A stretch of DNA of 64,000 bases from Gallionella sp. (GTDB taxonomy: Bacteria > Pseudomonadota > Gammaproteobacteria > Burkholderiales > Gallionellaceae). The notes beneath the pieces were generated by a model. That model did not search any database. It was given only the letters and a program-made list of their open reading frames with translations, and was not told the DNA's origin. Position numbers and translations under genes: made by a program. Shown one piece after another: positions 19,863 through 30,650 of this stretch; the stretch's first letter is position 1; each line of letters begins with the position of its first letter. Location of the stretch: contig JAXMKV010000017.1 of assembly GCA_034371155.1 (NCBI GenBank), forward strand, positions 13,371 through 77,370, read 5' to 3'.

Positions 19863-20810
19863 CTATTGTGCCGTAGCTGCTGTTGGCGCCTCAGCTGCCG
19901 CAGAAGCTGCATCAGCCGGAGCTTCAACTACCGCAGGCGCAGGTGCATCAGCCTGACCGCCGCCAAACTTATACACATACACGGCCAGTTTCTTCATCTC
20001 GGCAGCACTCAACTTGCCTGCTGCTTGGAAAGAAGGCATCTCAGCCACACGTGTTTCCGCAGTTCCGGCGTTCACGCCGTGCTCGATGGTGTACTTGATA
20101 CCCTCAACGGAGCTGTCAAAACGCCAGACACTGTCCGTCAAGTTGGCGGAACCCATGGCTTGGATACCCTTGCCATCCTCACCATGACAGGCAGTGCAAC
20201 CTTTTTCCGCGAACAGCGGTGTGGAAGTCGGATTACCGGCGGCCACTGCAGCAGTCAGCGTGTCGATTTCAGCATCGGACAAAACACCCTTGTGCCCCGT
20301 CATCATGCCCTGACGGCCAGCGGTGATCGACTCGTGTATGTTATCGACGGTGCCGCCGAACAACCAGTCATCGTCATTCAGGATAGGCGCGAACAGCCCC
20401 TGCTTGTCGTGCGTGCCGACACCATTGGTACCGTGACAAGCCGCACAGTTATCACCGAACAGCACCTTGCCAGAAGCCAAAGTGTACTTAGTCAAGTCAT
20501 CGTCAGCCAATATTGCAGCCGGTGTTAAATCCTTGATCTTAGATTCCCACTGATTTCGACGCTCATCCACAATACCCTTGTCGGCCTCCATCTCGCTGAT
20601 CGCCGTCCAGCCACCGATTCCCTGGAAAAAATACCCAGTCGTGGAAACAGGAATAGAAGGGTAGTACACCCAATATGCCACTACCCAAATTGCGCTGGCA
20701 GCCAAGCCCAGCATCCACCACTTAGGAGGCTGGTTGGTAAAGTCCCCCAAGTCGTCATCCCAGACGTGCCCAGTTGTCGGCACGCCGCCCACATCGTGTT
20801 TTTCACTCAT
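19863..20810 (-). CDS. ccoP: cbb3 cytochrome c oxidase subunit III (diheme)
   Basis: TTGHVWDD, PPKWW, CAACH and CTACH. Confidence 0.96.
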   Translation of the reverse strand: MSEKHDVGGVPTTGHVWDDDLGDFTNQPPKWWMLGLAASAIWVVAYWVYYPSIPVSTTGYFFQGIGGWTAISEMEADKGIVDERRNQWESKIKDLTPAAILADDDLTKYTLASGKVLFGDNCAACHGTNGVGTHDKQGLFAPILNDDDWLFGGTVDNIHESITAGRQGMMTGHKGVLSDAEIDTLTAAVAAGNPTSTPLFAEKGCTACHGEDGKGIQAMGSANLTDSVWRFDSSVEGIKYTIEHGVNAGTAETRVAEMPSFQAAGKLSAAEMKKLAVYVYKFGGGQADAPAPAVVEAPADAASAAAEAPTAATAQ

Positions 20811-21016
20811 CTTTTTTCTCCCATGTTGATATGGTCTTCGTCATCCAGCGCCATACCGCGCTGGGCTTCGAATTTTTCCTTGTTAGACGGCCTGAATACC
20901 ATGAAATAGACTGCCACCATACCCGCCGCCGACACTAGAGCGAAGAACACCCCGAGCCAGTCGTTGGTGGTCATCACGGCGACGTCCATCCCAAGATACC
21001 CCAGCAGCTTAGTCAC
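20807..21016 (-). CDS. ccoQ: cbb3 oxidase small subunit
   Basis: Single TM then FRPSNKEKFEAQ..MALDD; overlaps ccoO and ccoP. Start uncertain (GTG 21016 or a downstream ATG). Confidence 0.85.
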   Translation of the reverse strand: MTKLLGYLGMDVAVMTTNDWLGVFFALVSAAGMVAVYFMVFRPSNKEKFEAQRGMALDDEDHINMGEKR

Positions 21017-21806
21017 GGTAGTTCACACCCTCTTCGAACTTGACGTGATTACCCAGACCTTGCAGATAGGCGATCAGCGCATCCATATCGGTCTTACCCT
21101 CGAGCTGAGCGGCTGCACCGGCGATGTACTCGTCAGTGTAGATATTCTTCGGCACTGGGTTAAACGGCATCATGGTCATGACTTTCAGCGTCTGAACAGT
21201 CTCTTCCACATCCACCTTCTTGCCTTCCAGCCAAAAATAGTTGGGCATGACCGACTCAGGCACCACTTCACGCGGATAACGCAGGTGGCGCAGATGCCAC
21301 TCGTCCGAATACTTGCCGCCAACACGCGCCAGATCCGGCCCCGTACGCTTGGAGCCCCACTGATAGGTGTGGTCGTACATGGACTCTTCCGCGATGGAAT
21401 AGTGACCATAACGATCCTTCTCGTCACGGAACGGACGAATCATCTGCGAATGGCAGAGGAAGCAGCCTTCACGGATATACACATTACGACCAGCAGTTTC
21501 CAGTGCAGTGTAGGGACGCACACCGTCGCCGGGCTGCCACTCATCCAAGGTTTTACGCTCGGAAGTTGCCGGATTCCAGATGATCTTGTCCATCGAAATC
21601 ACATTGCCCGCCGCATCCTTGTGCTGCGTATTGTTGCAGGTCGGATCGTTCTGACACATTGCGGTATTCGGCAAGTAGAACAACGGGACGATTTCCACGA
21701 TACCGCCAATCGCCACAGCGAAGGCAGACATCACAAACATCAGGAGCGTGCTGCGTTCGATCTTGTCCTGAAATTTGGTTGAATAAATTTTGTCGTGATC
21801 AGACAT
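21009..21806 (-). CDS. ccoO: cbb3 oxidase subunit II (monoheme)
   Basis: YIREGCFLCHSQMIRP, WGSKRTGPDLARVG and SVMPNY. Confidence 0.96.
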   Translation of the reverse strand: MSDHDKIYSTKFQDKIERSTLLMFVMSAFAVAIGGIVEIVPLFYLPNTAMCQNDPTCNNTQHKDAAGNVISMDKIIWNPATSERKTLDEWQPGDGVRPYTALETAGRNVYIREGCFLCHSQMIRPFRDEKDRYGHYSIAEESMYDHTYQWGSKRTGPDLARVGGKYSDEWHLRHLRYPREVVPESVMPNYFWLEGKKVDVEETVQTLKVMTMMPFNPVPKNIYTDEYIAGAAAQLEGKTDMDALIAYLQGLGNHVKFEEGVNYRD

Positions 21807-21816
21807 TTTTCACTCC

Positions 21817-23250
21817 TTATGCGTTGGCAGGAACAGCGTTCGCACTGCGCGCAGCACTTGCAGTGCGCACAGTCATCACGATGTTATAGAGAGCAATCCA
21901 GGCACCAATATTGAAGATCAGACCGCCGATGGCACGCATAGCATAGTACGGATGCATGGCAGCTACCGATTCAACAAAGGTGTAGGTCAATGTGCCGAAT
22001 TCGTCGTAGTCACGCCACATCAGGCCCTGCATAATGCCGGAGACCCACATCGCCACGACATAAACTACTGTACCTATCGTGGCCAGCCAGAAGTGCACAT
22101 TCACCAAGCTTTCGGAGTACATCTTCTCTACGCCCCACAGTTTTTTGACCATGTGGTACATCGCGCCGAAGGCAACCATCGCCATCCAGCCCAACGCGCC
22201 GGAGTGTACGTGACCCACAGTCCAGTCGGTGTAGTGCGACAACGCGTTCACAGTCTTGATGGACATCACCGGACCTTCGAAGGTCGACATCGCGTAGAAC
22301 GCTAGAGAAACCACCAAGAAACGCAGGATGTAGTCGGTACGCAGACGATCCCATGCACCGGATAACGTCATCATACCGTTCATCGCCCCCCCCCAAGACG
22401 GGATGATCATGGCCAGAGAAACAGCCGCACCTAAAGAGCCGGTCCAGTCAGGTAATGCAGTGTATTGCAGATGGTGCGCACCCAGCCAGACATAGCCGAA
22501 AGTCAGCGCCCAGAAGTGCAACACGGACAAGCGATAGGAGAACACCGGACGGCCTGCTTGCTTAGGCACGAAGTAGTACATGATGCCCAAGAAGCCGCCA
22601 GTCAGGTAGAAACCCACCGCATTGTGCCCCCACCACCACTGGATCATGGCATCTTGCACACCAGAGTAGATGGAGAAGGAGTTGGTCAGGCTGACCGGAA
22701 TAGCCAAGCTATTCACCACATGCAGATAGGTGATCATGATGATCATGCCCATGGTGAACCAGTTGGACACATAGATGTGCGAAGTCTTGCGGATCGCCAC
22801 GGTCATGATGTGATTTAGACCAAAGGACAACCAAACCACTGCGATCAGAATATCGATCGGCCACTCCAGCTCGGCATATTCCTTGCCGGAAGTCATACCC
22901 AGCGGCAAAGTGATCACAGCCAACACGATAATCAGGTTCCAGCCCCAGAAGGTGAACCATGCCAAGCCATTACTCCACAGCTTGGTCGCGCCGGTGCGCT
23001 GCACCATGTAAAAGCCCGTACCCATCAGCACGCAGCCACCGAAGGCAAAAATCACCGCATTGGTATGCAGCGGACGCAGACGGCCAAATGTAATTTCGGC
23101 GATGTCAAAGTTCAAAAACGGCCACGCCAATTCGGCTGCGATGTACACACCGATCAACGTACCTACTACAGCGTAGATAGCGGCCGCGATAGTGAACCAT
23201 CGCACCACTTCCATGTCGTACTTTACTGGTGTCGCTTGAGTTGCTTCCAC
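21817..23250 (-). CDS. ccoN: cbb3 oxidase catalytic subunit I
   Basis: [25 protein letters not shown] and [13 protein letters not shown]. Confidence 0.98.
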   Translation of the reverse strand: MEATQATPVKYDMEVVRWFTIAAAIYAVVGTLIGVYIAAELAWPFLNFDIAEITFGRLRPLHTNAVIFAFGGCVLMGTGFYMVQRTGATKLWSNGLAWFTFWGWNLIIVLAVITLPLGMTSGKEYAELEWPIDILIAVVWLSFGLNHIMTVAIRKTSHIYVSNWFTMGMIIMITYLHVVNSLAIPVSLTNSFSIYSGVQDAMIQWWWGHNAVGFYLTGGFLGIMYYFVPKQAGRPVFSYRLSVLHFWALTFGYVWLGAHHLQYTALPDWTGSLGAAVSLAMIIPSWGGAMNGMMTLSGAWDRLRTDYILRFLVVSLAFYAMSTFEGPVMSIKTVNALSHYTDWTVGHVHSGALGWMAMVAFGAMYHMVKKLWGVEKMYSESLVNVHFWLATIGTVVYVVAMWVSGIMQGLMWRDYDEFGTLTYTFVESVAAMHPYYAMRAIGGLIFNIGAWIALYNIVMTVRTASAARSANAVPANA

Positions 23251-23544
23251 AGTAGTCTCCTCCCAAGAGCCAAGTTAAAAACCAGCGCGCCACCATCCCA
23301 ATTACTTTTGGGTGGCGCACCACTTCGATGCAGCTTTCATAAAGCTGCGCAATCATGGCACAGCTGACATCACCACGTAAAGAGGCGTGACGCACTAAAT
23401 GCGCACATACCTATCCAGAAAGGTCGGGATTGATTGAATCGGATTGAACGCTCCGTCCCGGCAGATACAACACCGGGACTTGAGCAGGCCGCAGATACCG
23501 TGCAGACGCAACGGAGTGGCCAACATACTACAGAGTGAAGCAGG

Positions 23545-24153
23545 CTATCTCCCAGTCAGCTCTTTGAAGCGCGCCTTTTCCCCACTGTAGCGCGACTCTA
23601 CGGCAATCTTCTCGGCCTTGTAGCCTTCCAAATCCTTCTGAATCTTGTCACGGCGAGCGAGGGTTCTGTTCAAATCTTGCCGCAGCGAGTCCGGCACTTT
23701 TTTACCCGCTCCTGTATAACCATCCGCTTCTTTTTGCAACCCCTGCAGATCATCGCCCAATATCTTGAGCTGCGAACTTGCGCTATTGATTCGCGCTTCC
23801 ACTTGTTGCAGGTTGCGGTCTCGCGCCAGATCTATTTCCTTTTCGCTGGCATAGGTGTTCCGCAATGCTTTGTCGCGCCGCTTTTGCTCGCGTTGCGCAT
23901 CTTCATCGGCGCGCTTTTGGGATTCGGCTTGCTCTCTGGCGCGACGCTCCTCAGCCGTCAGCACTTCCACTTTTTTTTCTACGCGCCCGTCTTTGTTCAA
24001 CACGGTGCGATCCTTATGGGCATACTCCGGCGGAATTGTCTCACCGTAGTGAGTGACACCTTTGTCATCTACCCACTTATACATCTTCGCTGCGGCAGGC
24101 AGACTGAAAACGACCCCGGCCACGATTGCGACCATCAATTTTGACTTGTTCAT
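23545..24153 (-). CDS. DUF4124-domain exported protein
   Basis: Signal peptide, [14 protein letters not shown] and C-terminal coiled coil. Confidence 0.85.
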   Translation of the reverse strand: MNKSKLMVAIVAGVVFSLPAAAKMYKWVDDKGVTHYGETIPPEYAHKDRTVLNKDGRVEKKVEVLTAEERRAREQAESQKRADEDAQREQKRRDKALRNTYASEKEIDLARDRNLQQVEARINSASSQLKILGDDLQGLQKEADGYTGAGKKVPDSLRQDLNRTLARRDKIQKDLEGYKAEKIAVESRYSGEKARFKELTGR

Positions 24154-24794
24154 TTTTTCACCCCATATCGATCACGGTAGGACTGCACTGCGGAAAGATT
24201 CTGCATCATCCCGCCCTCGGCCTGCAAATAACCAAGCAAATCATCCAGCGCAGCAATGGACACCACGGGAATGGCAAAGTTGCGCTGCACCTCCTGCACT
24301 GCGGACAGATCACCCTGCCCCCGCTCCATGCGATCCAGCGCGATAACCACCCCACAGGGGGTCGCCCCCGCCGCACGAATCAATTCGATAGACTCGCGCA
24401 CCGATGTCCCGGCCGAGATCACATCATCAATGACCAGAACCCTACCCCGCAATTCCGCGCCCACCGTCGCACCGCCTTCGCCGTGATCCTTCGCCTCTTT
24501 TCGGTTAAAGCAATAAGGAACGTTGCGTCCCTGCTCCGCCAGTGCGATAGCGGTGCCCGCAGCAAGCGGGATCCCTTTGTAAGCGGGACCGAACAACATG
24601 TCGAACGGCACCGCTGAAGCAAGAATCGCCTGCGCGTAGAACTGACAAAGCTCACGCAGCGCAGCGCCATCCTGAAACAGCCCGGAATTAAAAAAGTAGG
24701 GCGACAAACGTCCGGCCTTGGTTTGAAATTCGCCAAAACGCAAAACGTTCTGCGCGACAGCGAAACGAATAAAATCCTGACGGTAAGCGTGCAT
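24150..24794 (-). CDS. pyrE: Orotate phosphoribosyltransferase
   Basis: [13 protein letters not shown] and PRPP loop [10 protein letters not shown]. Confidence 0.97.
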   Translation of the reverse strand: MHAYRQDFIRFAVAQNVLRFGEFQTKAGRLSPYFFNSGLFQDGAALRELCQFYAQAILASAVPFDMLFGPAYKGIPLAAGTAIALAEQGRNVPYCFNRKEAKDHGEGGATVGAELRGRVLVIDDVISAGTSVRESIELIRAAGATPCGVVIALDRMERGQGDLSAVQEVQRNFAIPVVSIAALDDLLGYLQAEGGMMQNLSAVQSYRDRYGVKK

Positions 24795-24871
24795 AAAATC
24801 AAAGCCTGTCTGGTTAAGAATGCCCGGCCATTATAATGCGCCTATCATCACTATCGAGAACGAGAATTTAC

Positions 24872-25639
24872 ATGCGCATCATCACCGCCAATTTGAACGG
24901 CATACGTTCCGCAGGCAGCAAAGGCTTTTTTAGCTGGCTTCAGCAGCAGCATGCCGAAATCGTCTGCGTGCAGGAACTCAAGGCCCAATCCGCCGACATG
25001 TCAGCAGAAATGCTCGCCCCGCAGGGATTTCATGGCTATTTCCACTATGCGCAAAAAAAAGGCTACAGCGGGGTCGGCATCTACACCAGACACAAACCGG
25101 ATCAGGTGATTGAAGGGCTTGGACTCCCCGAGTTTGACAGCGAGGGGCGATACCTTGAAACGCAGTTCGGCAACCTCAGCATCGTATCGCTATATCTGCC
25201 ATCCGGCTCCAGCGGGGAAGAACGGCAGGCAGTGAAATTCAAATTCATGGCCGCCTTTATGCCGCACCTGCGTACGCTGCGGGCCAGCGGACGTGAAGTC
25301 ATTCTGTGTGGAGACTGGAACATCGCGCACACCGAAAAAGACCTGAAGAACTGGCGCGGCAACAAAAAGAATTCGGGATTCCTGCCCGAAGAACGCGCTT
25401 GGCTCACCGAGCTTTTCGACGAAGTGGGATTTGTCGATGTGTTCCGCAAACTGCATCCCGAACTGGAAGCTTATACGTGGTGGTCGAATCGAGGACAGGC
25501 GTGGGAAAAAGACGTAGGCTGGCGCATCGATTACCAGATTGCCACCCCACGCACCGCCAGCCAATCACTTTCGGCCGCAATCTACAAGGATCAACGCTTC
25601 AGCGACCATGCTCCGCTCACTATCGACTACAGCGACTAG
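24872..25639 (+). CDS. xth: Exodeoxyribonuclease III
   Basis: MRIITANLNGIRSA, CVQELK, GDWNIAH, GWRIDY and SDHAPL. Confidence 0.95.
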   Translation: MRIITANLNGIRSAGSKGFFSWLQQQHAEIVCVQELKAQSADMSAEMLAPQGFHGYFHYAQKKGYSGVGIYTRHKPDQVIEGLGLPEFDSEGRYLETQFGNLSIVSLYLPSGSSGEERQAVKFKFMAAFMPHLRTLRASGREVILCGDWNIAHTEKDLKNWRGNKKNSGFLPEERAWLTELFDEVGFVDVFRKLHPELEAYTWWSNRGQAWEKDVGWRIDYQIATPRTASQSLSAAIYKDQRFSDHAPLTIDYSD

Positions 25640-26088
25640 CTCTGCTCCCAAGGCAGGCCGGCGGCCCGCCAACCTCCCAAAATATTGCGGCGCTTTTTCT
25701 CATCCAGATCACCCTCGAAGCCTTCCAGCACGTTATAGCAATTACCAAAACCCGCCTTGGTAGCCGCCGTGGCGGCGTGACTTGACCTCACCCCGCTACG
25801 ACACAGGAAAATCACCAGCGACTCCTTGTCAACCTGTTGCTCGATCTGAGTGATGAAGCTCGCATTGGGGCGCATCCCCGGATAGCTTGCCCACTCGATC
25901 TCGATCGCGCCCTCAACACGCCCAACCCAGTCCAACTCGGCACGCGTGCGTACATCGACCAATTTTGTGCCCGGTGCCGATTGGAGCAGTGCATAGGCCT
26001 CGTCCGGGAACAGCGCCCCGGCATAGGACAGATTCAACTCCTGCGCGCGCTGCTGCGCCGCCTGCAAAATACTAGTGATTTTCCCCAT
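25636..26088 (-). CDS. Rhodanese-domain protein
   Basis: LVDVRTRAE, active-site CRSGVRS and NVLEGFEG...GW. Confidence 0.9.
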   Translation of the reverse strand: MGKITSILQAAQQRAQELNLSYAGALFPDEAYALLQSAPGTKLVDVRTRAELDWVGRVEGAIEIEWASYPGMRPNASFITQIEQQVDKESLVIFLCRSGVRSSHAATAATKAGFGNCYNVLEGFEGDLDEKKRRNILGGWRAAGLPWEQS

Positions 26089-26175
26089 AGCCCTCTTTCA
26101 AAAAATGGCACTGTTTAATGAATCCGGCAGTAGATGCTATGCTGCGCGGCACACACGCATACTAGCGCAAGCGAC

Positions 26176-27366
26176 ATGAAAAATCACACTCATTCCCACA
26201 CACACGAGCACGAAACCGACACCTTCGATGCCGCTCACCCTGAGCGTTTTGCCGCCGCACAAAAGTGCACCTGGACCAGCGTAGGAATCAACTTGGCACT
26301 GACCATACTGCAATTGCTGGCGGGCTATTTTGGTCGTTCGCAGGCACTGATCGCGGACGGGTTGCACTCTCTCTCCGATCTGCTGTCCGATTTTCTGGTA
26401 CTGGCAGCCAATCGCCAGAGCAACCGCCATGCCGATGCCCGCCATCCCTATGGGCATGCACGCATCGAAACGGCAGCGACCCTGCTGCTCGGCTCAGCCC
26501 TGGCAGTACTGGGTATCGGCCTGCTGGTCACCGCAGGAATGCGGCTGCAGGAACCGCAAAACCTGCAAACCGTGCACCCGATCACCCTATGGGTCGCGCT
26601 GCTCACCTTGCTAGCCAAGGAGGGTCTGTTCCACTACCTCATGTCCGTGGCCAAAAAAGTGCGCTCACAACTGCTCGCAGCGAACGCATGGCATTCCCGC
26701 TCGGATGCTGCCTCATCTCTGGTCGTCCTCGCCGGCATCGGCGGCAATCTTCTCGGATTCACATTCCTTGACCTGGTCGCCGCCGCCGTCGTCGGCGTGA
26801 TGATCGCACGCATGGGTGCAAAGCTCGCACTTGAAGCGATATCCGAATTGATTGACACCGGATTGGATGCGGAAGAGGTCCGGGCGATCCGCGACACACT
26901 GCGCAATACCCCCGGTGTCTGCGGGCTGCACGAGTTGCGCACGCGCAAGATGGCCGACAACGCGCTGGTCGACGCGCACATCATGGTCGCGCCCAAGATC
27001 AGCGTATCCGAAGGGCACTATATCGCCGAAGCCGCACGTCAGGCGGTATTGACTCGCCATCATGTGCTGGATGTGATGGTGCACATCGACCCCGAAGATG
27101 ACCGCAAGGTCAAACCCAATTCGCACTTGCCCAACCGCATCGCCTTGCTGGAAGACCTGTCCGGACGACTGGGTGATCCCACACTCGACGGACAGCGCGT
27201 CATCTTTCATTATCTGGACGGCAAAATCGATGCGGAAATCTTCGTCGACAACCATCTCCTCTCGGAGCGACAAACCGCAACCCTGCAAAACCATTGCGAC
27301 GAATTGACGCGCGGCGATGAGCTCTTCCGCTCCATCCGGATTCATCGCACATACGCACCAATATAG
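26176..27366 (+). CDS. Cation diffusion facilitator family transporter with His-rich N-terminus and C-terminal extension
   Basis: ADGLHSLSD, HPYGHARIE, NAWHSRSD and VMVHIDP. Confidence 0.92.
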   Translation: MKNHTHSHTHEHETDTFDAAHPERFAAAQKCTWTSVGINLALTILQLLAGYFGRSQALIADGLHSLSDLLSDFLVLAANRQSNRHADARHPYGHARIETAATLLLGSALAVLGIGLLVTAGMRLQEPQNLQTVHPITLWVALLTLLAKEGLFHYLMSVAKKVRSQLLAANAWHSRSDAASSLVVLAGIGGNLLGFTFLDLVAAAVVGVMIARMGAKLALEAISELIDTGLDAEEVRAIRDTLRNTPGVCGLHELRTRKMADNALVDAHIMVAPKISVSEGHYIAEAARQAVLTRHHVLDVMVHIDPEDDRKVKPNSHLPNRIALLEDLSGRLGDPTLDGQRVIFHYLDGKIDAEIFVDNHLLSERQTATLQNHCDELTRGDELFRSIRIHRTYAPI

Positions 27367-27370
27367 TGCG
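27354..27370. promoter_or_regulatory. NtrC binding site 1 of the glnA enhancer
   Basis: CGCACCAATATAGTGCG versus consensus TGCACCAnnnTGGTGCA; overlaps the CDF stop codon. Confidence 0.75.
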
Positions 27371-27385
27371 CCGCACACCTTGATG

Positions 27386-27402
27386 CGCCTCAAATTAGTG
27401 CA
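27386..27402. promoter_or_regulatory. NtrC binding site 2 of the glnA enhancer
   Basis: CGCCTCAAATTAGTGCA, 32 bp centre-to-centre from site 1. Confidence 0.65.
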
Positions 27403-27465
27403 AAATATTCTATTTGTCTGGCCTCGGGCTTATGGCACAATGCCGCCGTCCCATCCTATTCAGAG

Positions 27466-27481
27466 TGGCATGGTTCCTGCA
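27466..27481 (+). promoter_or_regulatory. Sigma54 -24/-12 promoter of glnA
   Basis: TGGCATGGTTCCTGCA with correct GG-N10-GC spacing. Confidence 0.8.
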
Positions 27482-27549
27482 TTTGGGATTTCGGGGTTCG
27501 TTTCCGTTATTTTTTGTTCGCTGTTTTTTTTGATCTTTTGGAGAAAGTT

Positions 27550-28965
27550 ATGTCGCTCACGGCAAATGATGTGTTGAAAATGATTAAAGACCACGATGTC
27601 AAATTCGTGGATCTGCGTTTCACCGATACCCGCGGCAAAGAGCAGCACGTAGGCGTGCCTGCCAAGTACGTGGGTCTGGACAAGTTCGAAGACGGCCACG
27701 CATTTGACGGCTCCTCGATCGCCGGTTGGAAAGGCATCCAGGCTTCCGACATGCTGTTGATGCCGGACCCGACCACGGCTTATCTCGATCCATTCATGGA
27801 CGAGAACACGCTAGTCATCACCTGCGATGTGATCGAGCCGTCCGACGGCAAGGGCTATGATCGCGATCCGCGCTCCATCGCGAAGCGCGCCGAGGCTTAC
27901 CTGAAGTCCACCGGCTTGGGCGACACCGCATTCTTCGGTCCGGAACCCGAATTTTTCATTTTCGACTCCGTGAACTGGCATGTCGACATGTCCGGCTGCT
28001 CGCTGAAGATCAACTCCGAAGAGGCCGCATGGTCGACCGGCGAGAAGTTCGAAGGCGGCAACACCGGTCACCGTCCGATGGTCAAGGGCGGCTACTTCCC
28101 GGTTCCCCCGGTCGATAGTCTGAACGACATCCGCGCCGCAATGTGTCTGGCACTGGAAGACATCGGCATCGAAGTCGAAGTGCATCACCATGAAGTGGCA
28201 ACCGCCGGCCAGTGCGAGATCGGCACCAAATTCAGCACGCTGGTGAAGCGCGCCGACCAGACCCAGGCACTGAAGTATGTCGTGCACAATGTCGCGCACC
28301 AGTACGGCAAGACCGCGACCTTCATGCCCAAGCCCATCGTCGGCGACAACGGTTCCGGCATGCACGTGCACCAGTCGATCTGGAAGGATGGCAAAAACAC
28401 CTTCGCAGGCAACGGTTACGCCGGGCTGTCCGAGACCGCGCTGTTCTACATCGGCGGCATCATCAAGCACGCCAAGGCGCTGAACGCCATCTGCAATCCG
28501 GGCACCAACTCTTACAAGCGTCTGGTTCCTCACTACGAAGCACCAGTGAAGATGGCTTACTCGGCAAAAAATCGTTCCGCTTCCATTCGCATCCCTCACG
28601 TCGCCAGCGACAAGGCGCGCCGCATCGAGACCCGCTTCCCGGATCCGACCGCGAACCCGTACCTGTGCTTCTCCGCGCTGATGATGGCCGGACTGGACGG
28701 CATCCAGAACAAGATCCACCCCGGCGATCCGGCAGACAAGAACCTGTACGACCTGCCGCCGGAAGAAGATGCCAAGATCCCAACCGTGTGCGCATCGCTC
28801 GATGAGGCTCTGGCTGCCTTGGACAAGGATCGTGAATTCCTGACCCGCGGCGGTGTGTTCTCCAGCGACTTCATCGATGCCTTCATCGCGTTGAAGATGG
28901 AAGAAGTGAACAAGATCCGCATGACGACCCACCCGGTCGAGTTCGACATGTACTACAGCATCTAA
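27550..28965 (+). CDS. glnA: Glutamine synthetase type I
   Basis: [33 protein letters not shown] and NLYDLPPEE. Start ATG 27550. Confidence 0.98.
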   Translation: MSLTANDVLKMIKDHDVKFVDLRFTDTRGKEQHVGVPAKYVGLDKFEDGHAFDGSSIAGWKGIQASDMLLMPDPTTAYLDPFMDENTLVITCDVIEPSDGKGYDRDPRSIAKRAEAYLKSTGLGDTAFFGPEPEFFIFDSVNWHVDMSGCSLKINSEEAAWSTGEKFEGGNTGHRPMVKGGYFPVPPVDSLNDIRAAMCLALEDIGIEVEVHHHEVATAGQCEIGTKFSTLVKRADQTQALKYVVHNVAHQYGKTATFMPKPIVGDNGSGMHVHQSIWKDGKNTFAGNGYAGLSETALFYIGGIIKHAKALNAICNPGTNSYKRLVPHYEAPVKMAYSAKNRSASIRIPHVASDKARRIETRFPDPTANPYLCFSALMMAGLDGIQNKIHPGDPADKNLYDLPPEEDAKIPTVCASLDEALAALDKDREFLTRGGVFSSDFIDAFIALKMEEVNKIRMTTHPVEFDMYYSI

Positions 28966-28989
28966 GCTGTTCCTTCCGGCAACGATAAG

Positions 28990-29013
28990 AACGGGGCGCA
29001 ATGCCCCGTTTTT
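28990..29013 (+). terminator. glnA intrinsic terminator
   Basis: AACGGGGC-GCAAT-GCCCCGTT followed by a T tract. Confidence 0.85.
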
Positions 29014-29091
29014 ATTGCGTGGAACCCAAAGGGTTTGTCCCGGTCAGACGCTTGACCTATACTTGCCGCGCACCTTCGAGAGGAACCGAAC

Positions 29092-29562
29092 ATGAAGCTC
29101 CGATATTTGCTTGCCCTGCTGTGCGCCTGCCCGCTACTGGCGCAAGCCGACATTTACAAGTCCGTCGATGCCGACGGGCATGTCACTTACTCCAGCACGC
29201 CCATCAAAGGCGGCAAGAAGATCGTTCTTGAACCCCTGCCAACCATGTCACCACCGGCACGCTCGCGCACCACCACACCGGAAGACTTTCCGCGAGTCGA
29301 TGGCGCAACCCAAAAAGGACGCGACGACACGCGACGCAAGATATTGGAGGACGAGCTTTCCACCGAAGAAAAACTGCTGGAAGAAGCCCGTCAAAACCTG
29401 AAGGCCGCCGAAGCCAACCCGGAAATATCCAGGAGCAAGGATGGCAAAACCCATCGCAATGTCGCGAAATACGAAGAGAAGATCAAAACATTGAGCGGCC
29501 AGGTGGAACAGCACCAAAAGAACATCGATGCACTGAAAACCGAGTTGTCAAAAATCAAATAG
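29092..29562 (+). CDS. DUF4124-domain exported protein
   Basis: Signal peptide, IYKSVDADGHVTYS and C-terminal coiled coil; lies between glnA and ntrB. Confidence 0.85.
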   Translation: MKLRYLLALLCACPLLAQADIYKSVDADGHVTYSSTPIKGGKKIVLEPLPTMSPPARSRTTTPEDFPRVDGATQKGRDDTRRKILEDELSTEEKLLEEARQNLKAAEANPEISRSKDGKTHRNVAKYEEKIKTLSGQVEQHQKNIDALKTELSKIK

Positions 29563-29597
29563 CCCCTTCTGGCATGTTTTCTGCTTTGTAAGAGCCT

Positions 29598-30638
29598 ATG
29601 CCGGACACCCCCTACTTCACACTGGAACACCTATCCACCGCAGTCATCCTGCTGGATGAAGAGTCGCGCATCGGCTATCTCAATCCGTCTGCGGAACATT
29701 TGTTCGACGTAAGCGGCAAGAACCTGCTCGGACATGCCGTACAGCAAGTGTTCACCGATACCGAACAGCTATCCAGCGCGATGCAACATGCCGTGCGCAA
29801 CAACGCCAGCTATATCGAACACGACCTCACGCTGGGCACCCCCACCCACGTCAAATTGCACCTGCGTTGCGCGGTCACGCCGGTGCAATTCGCCAAGCGC
29901 CATCTGCTGCTGGAATTCCACCCGATGGACAGACCGCTCAAACTGGCACGTGAAGAACAGATGCTCGACCAGACCCAAGCCAGCCGTCTGCTGTTGCGCA
30001 ATCTCGCGCATGAAATCAAAAATCCACTGGGCGGCATACGCGGCGCAGCACAACTGCTCGAACAGGAACTGGAAAAACCGGGACTGCGCGAATACACCCA
30101 GGTCATCGTGCAAGAAGCCGACCGGCTGCGTTCGCTGATGGAAAAACTGCTGACGCCGCAAAACGCCTCGCATTACAGCGCACTCAACATCCACGAGGTG
30201 CTGGAACGGGTACGCAGCGTAGTACTGGCAGAAAAACCGCTCGGATTAAAGATACAGCGCGACTACGACATCAGCCTGCCCGCCTTGGTCGGCGACAAGG
30301 AGCAACTAATCCAGGTCATGCTCAACATCGTGCGAAACGCCTCGCAGGCGATGCAGGGCCACGGCACCATCATATTGCGCACCCGTATCGCGCGCCAAGT
30401 CACGCTGATCAAACGCCGCCACCGCCTCGCGGTGATGGTGCAGATCATCGACAACGGCCCCGGCATCCCCCCCGAGTTGCAGGATAAGATCTTTTATCCC
30501 TTGGTATCCGGGCGCGCTGACGGCCACGGGCTGGGATTGACGCTGGCACAAGATTTCGTCAGCCAGCATAACGGTACGATAGAATTCGACAGCGAACCCG
30601 GACGCACGCGTTTTACCGTGATGCTTCCCCTACCCTAG
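29598..30638 (+). CDS. glnL: Nitrogen regulation sensor kinase NtrB
   Basis: PAS domain, LAHEIKNPLGG, DNGPG and GHGLGL. Confidence 0.95.
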   Translation: MPDTPYFTLEHLSTAVILLDEESRIGYLNPSAEHLFDVSGKNLLGHAVQQVFTDTEQLSSAMQHAVRNNASYIEHDLTLGTPTHVKLHLRCAVTPVQFAKRHLLLEFHPMDRPLKLAREEQMLDQTQASRLLLRNLAHEIKNPLGGIRGAAQLLEQELEKPGLREYTQVIVQEADRLRSLMEKLLTPQNASHYSALNIHEVLERVRSVVLAEKPLGLKIQRDYDISLPALVGDKEQLIQVMLNIVRNASQAMQGHGTIILRTRIARQVTLIKRRHRLAVMVQIIDNGPGIPPELQDKIFYPLVSGRADGHGLGLTLAQDFVSQHNGTIEFDSEPGRTRFTVMLPLP

Positions 30639-30650
30639 GTGCACACGACC

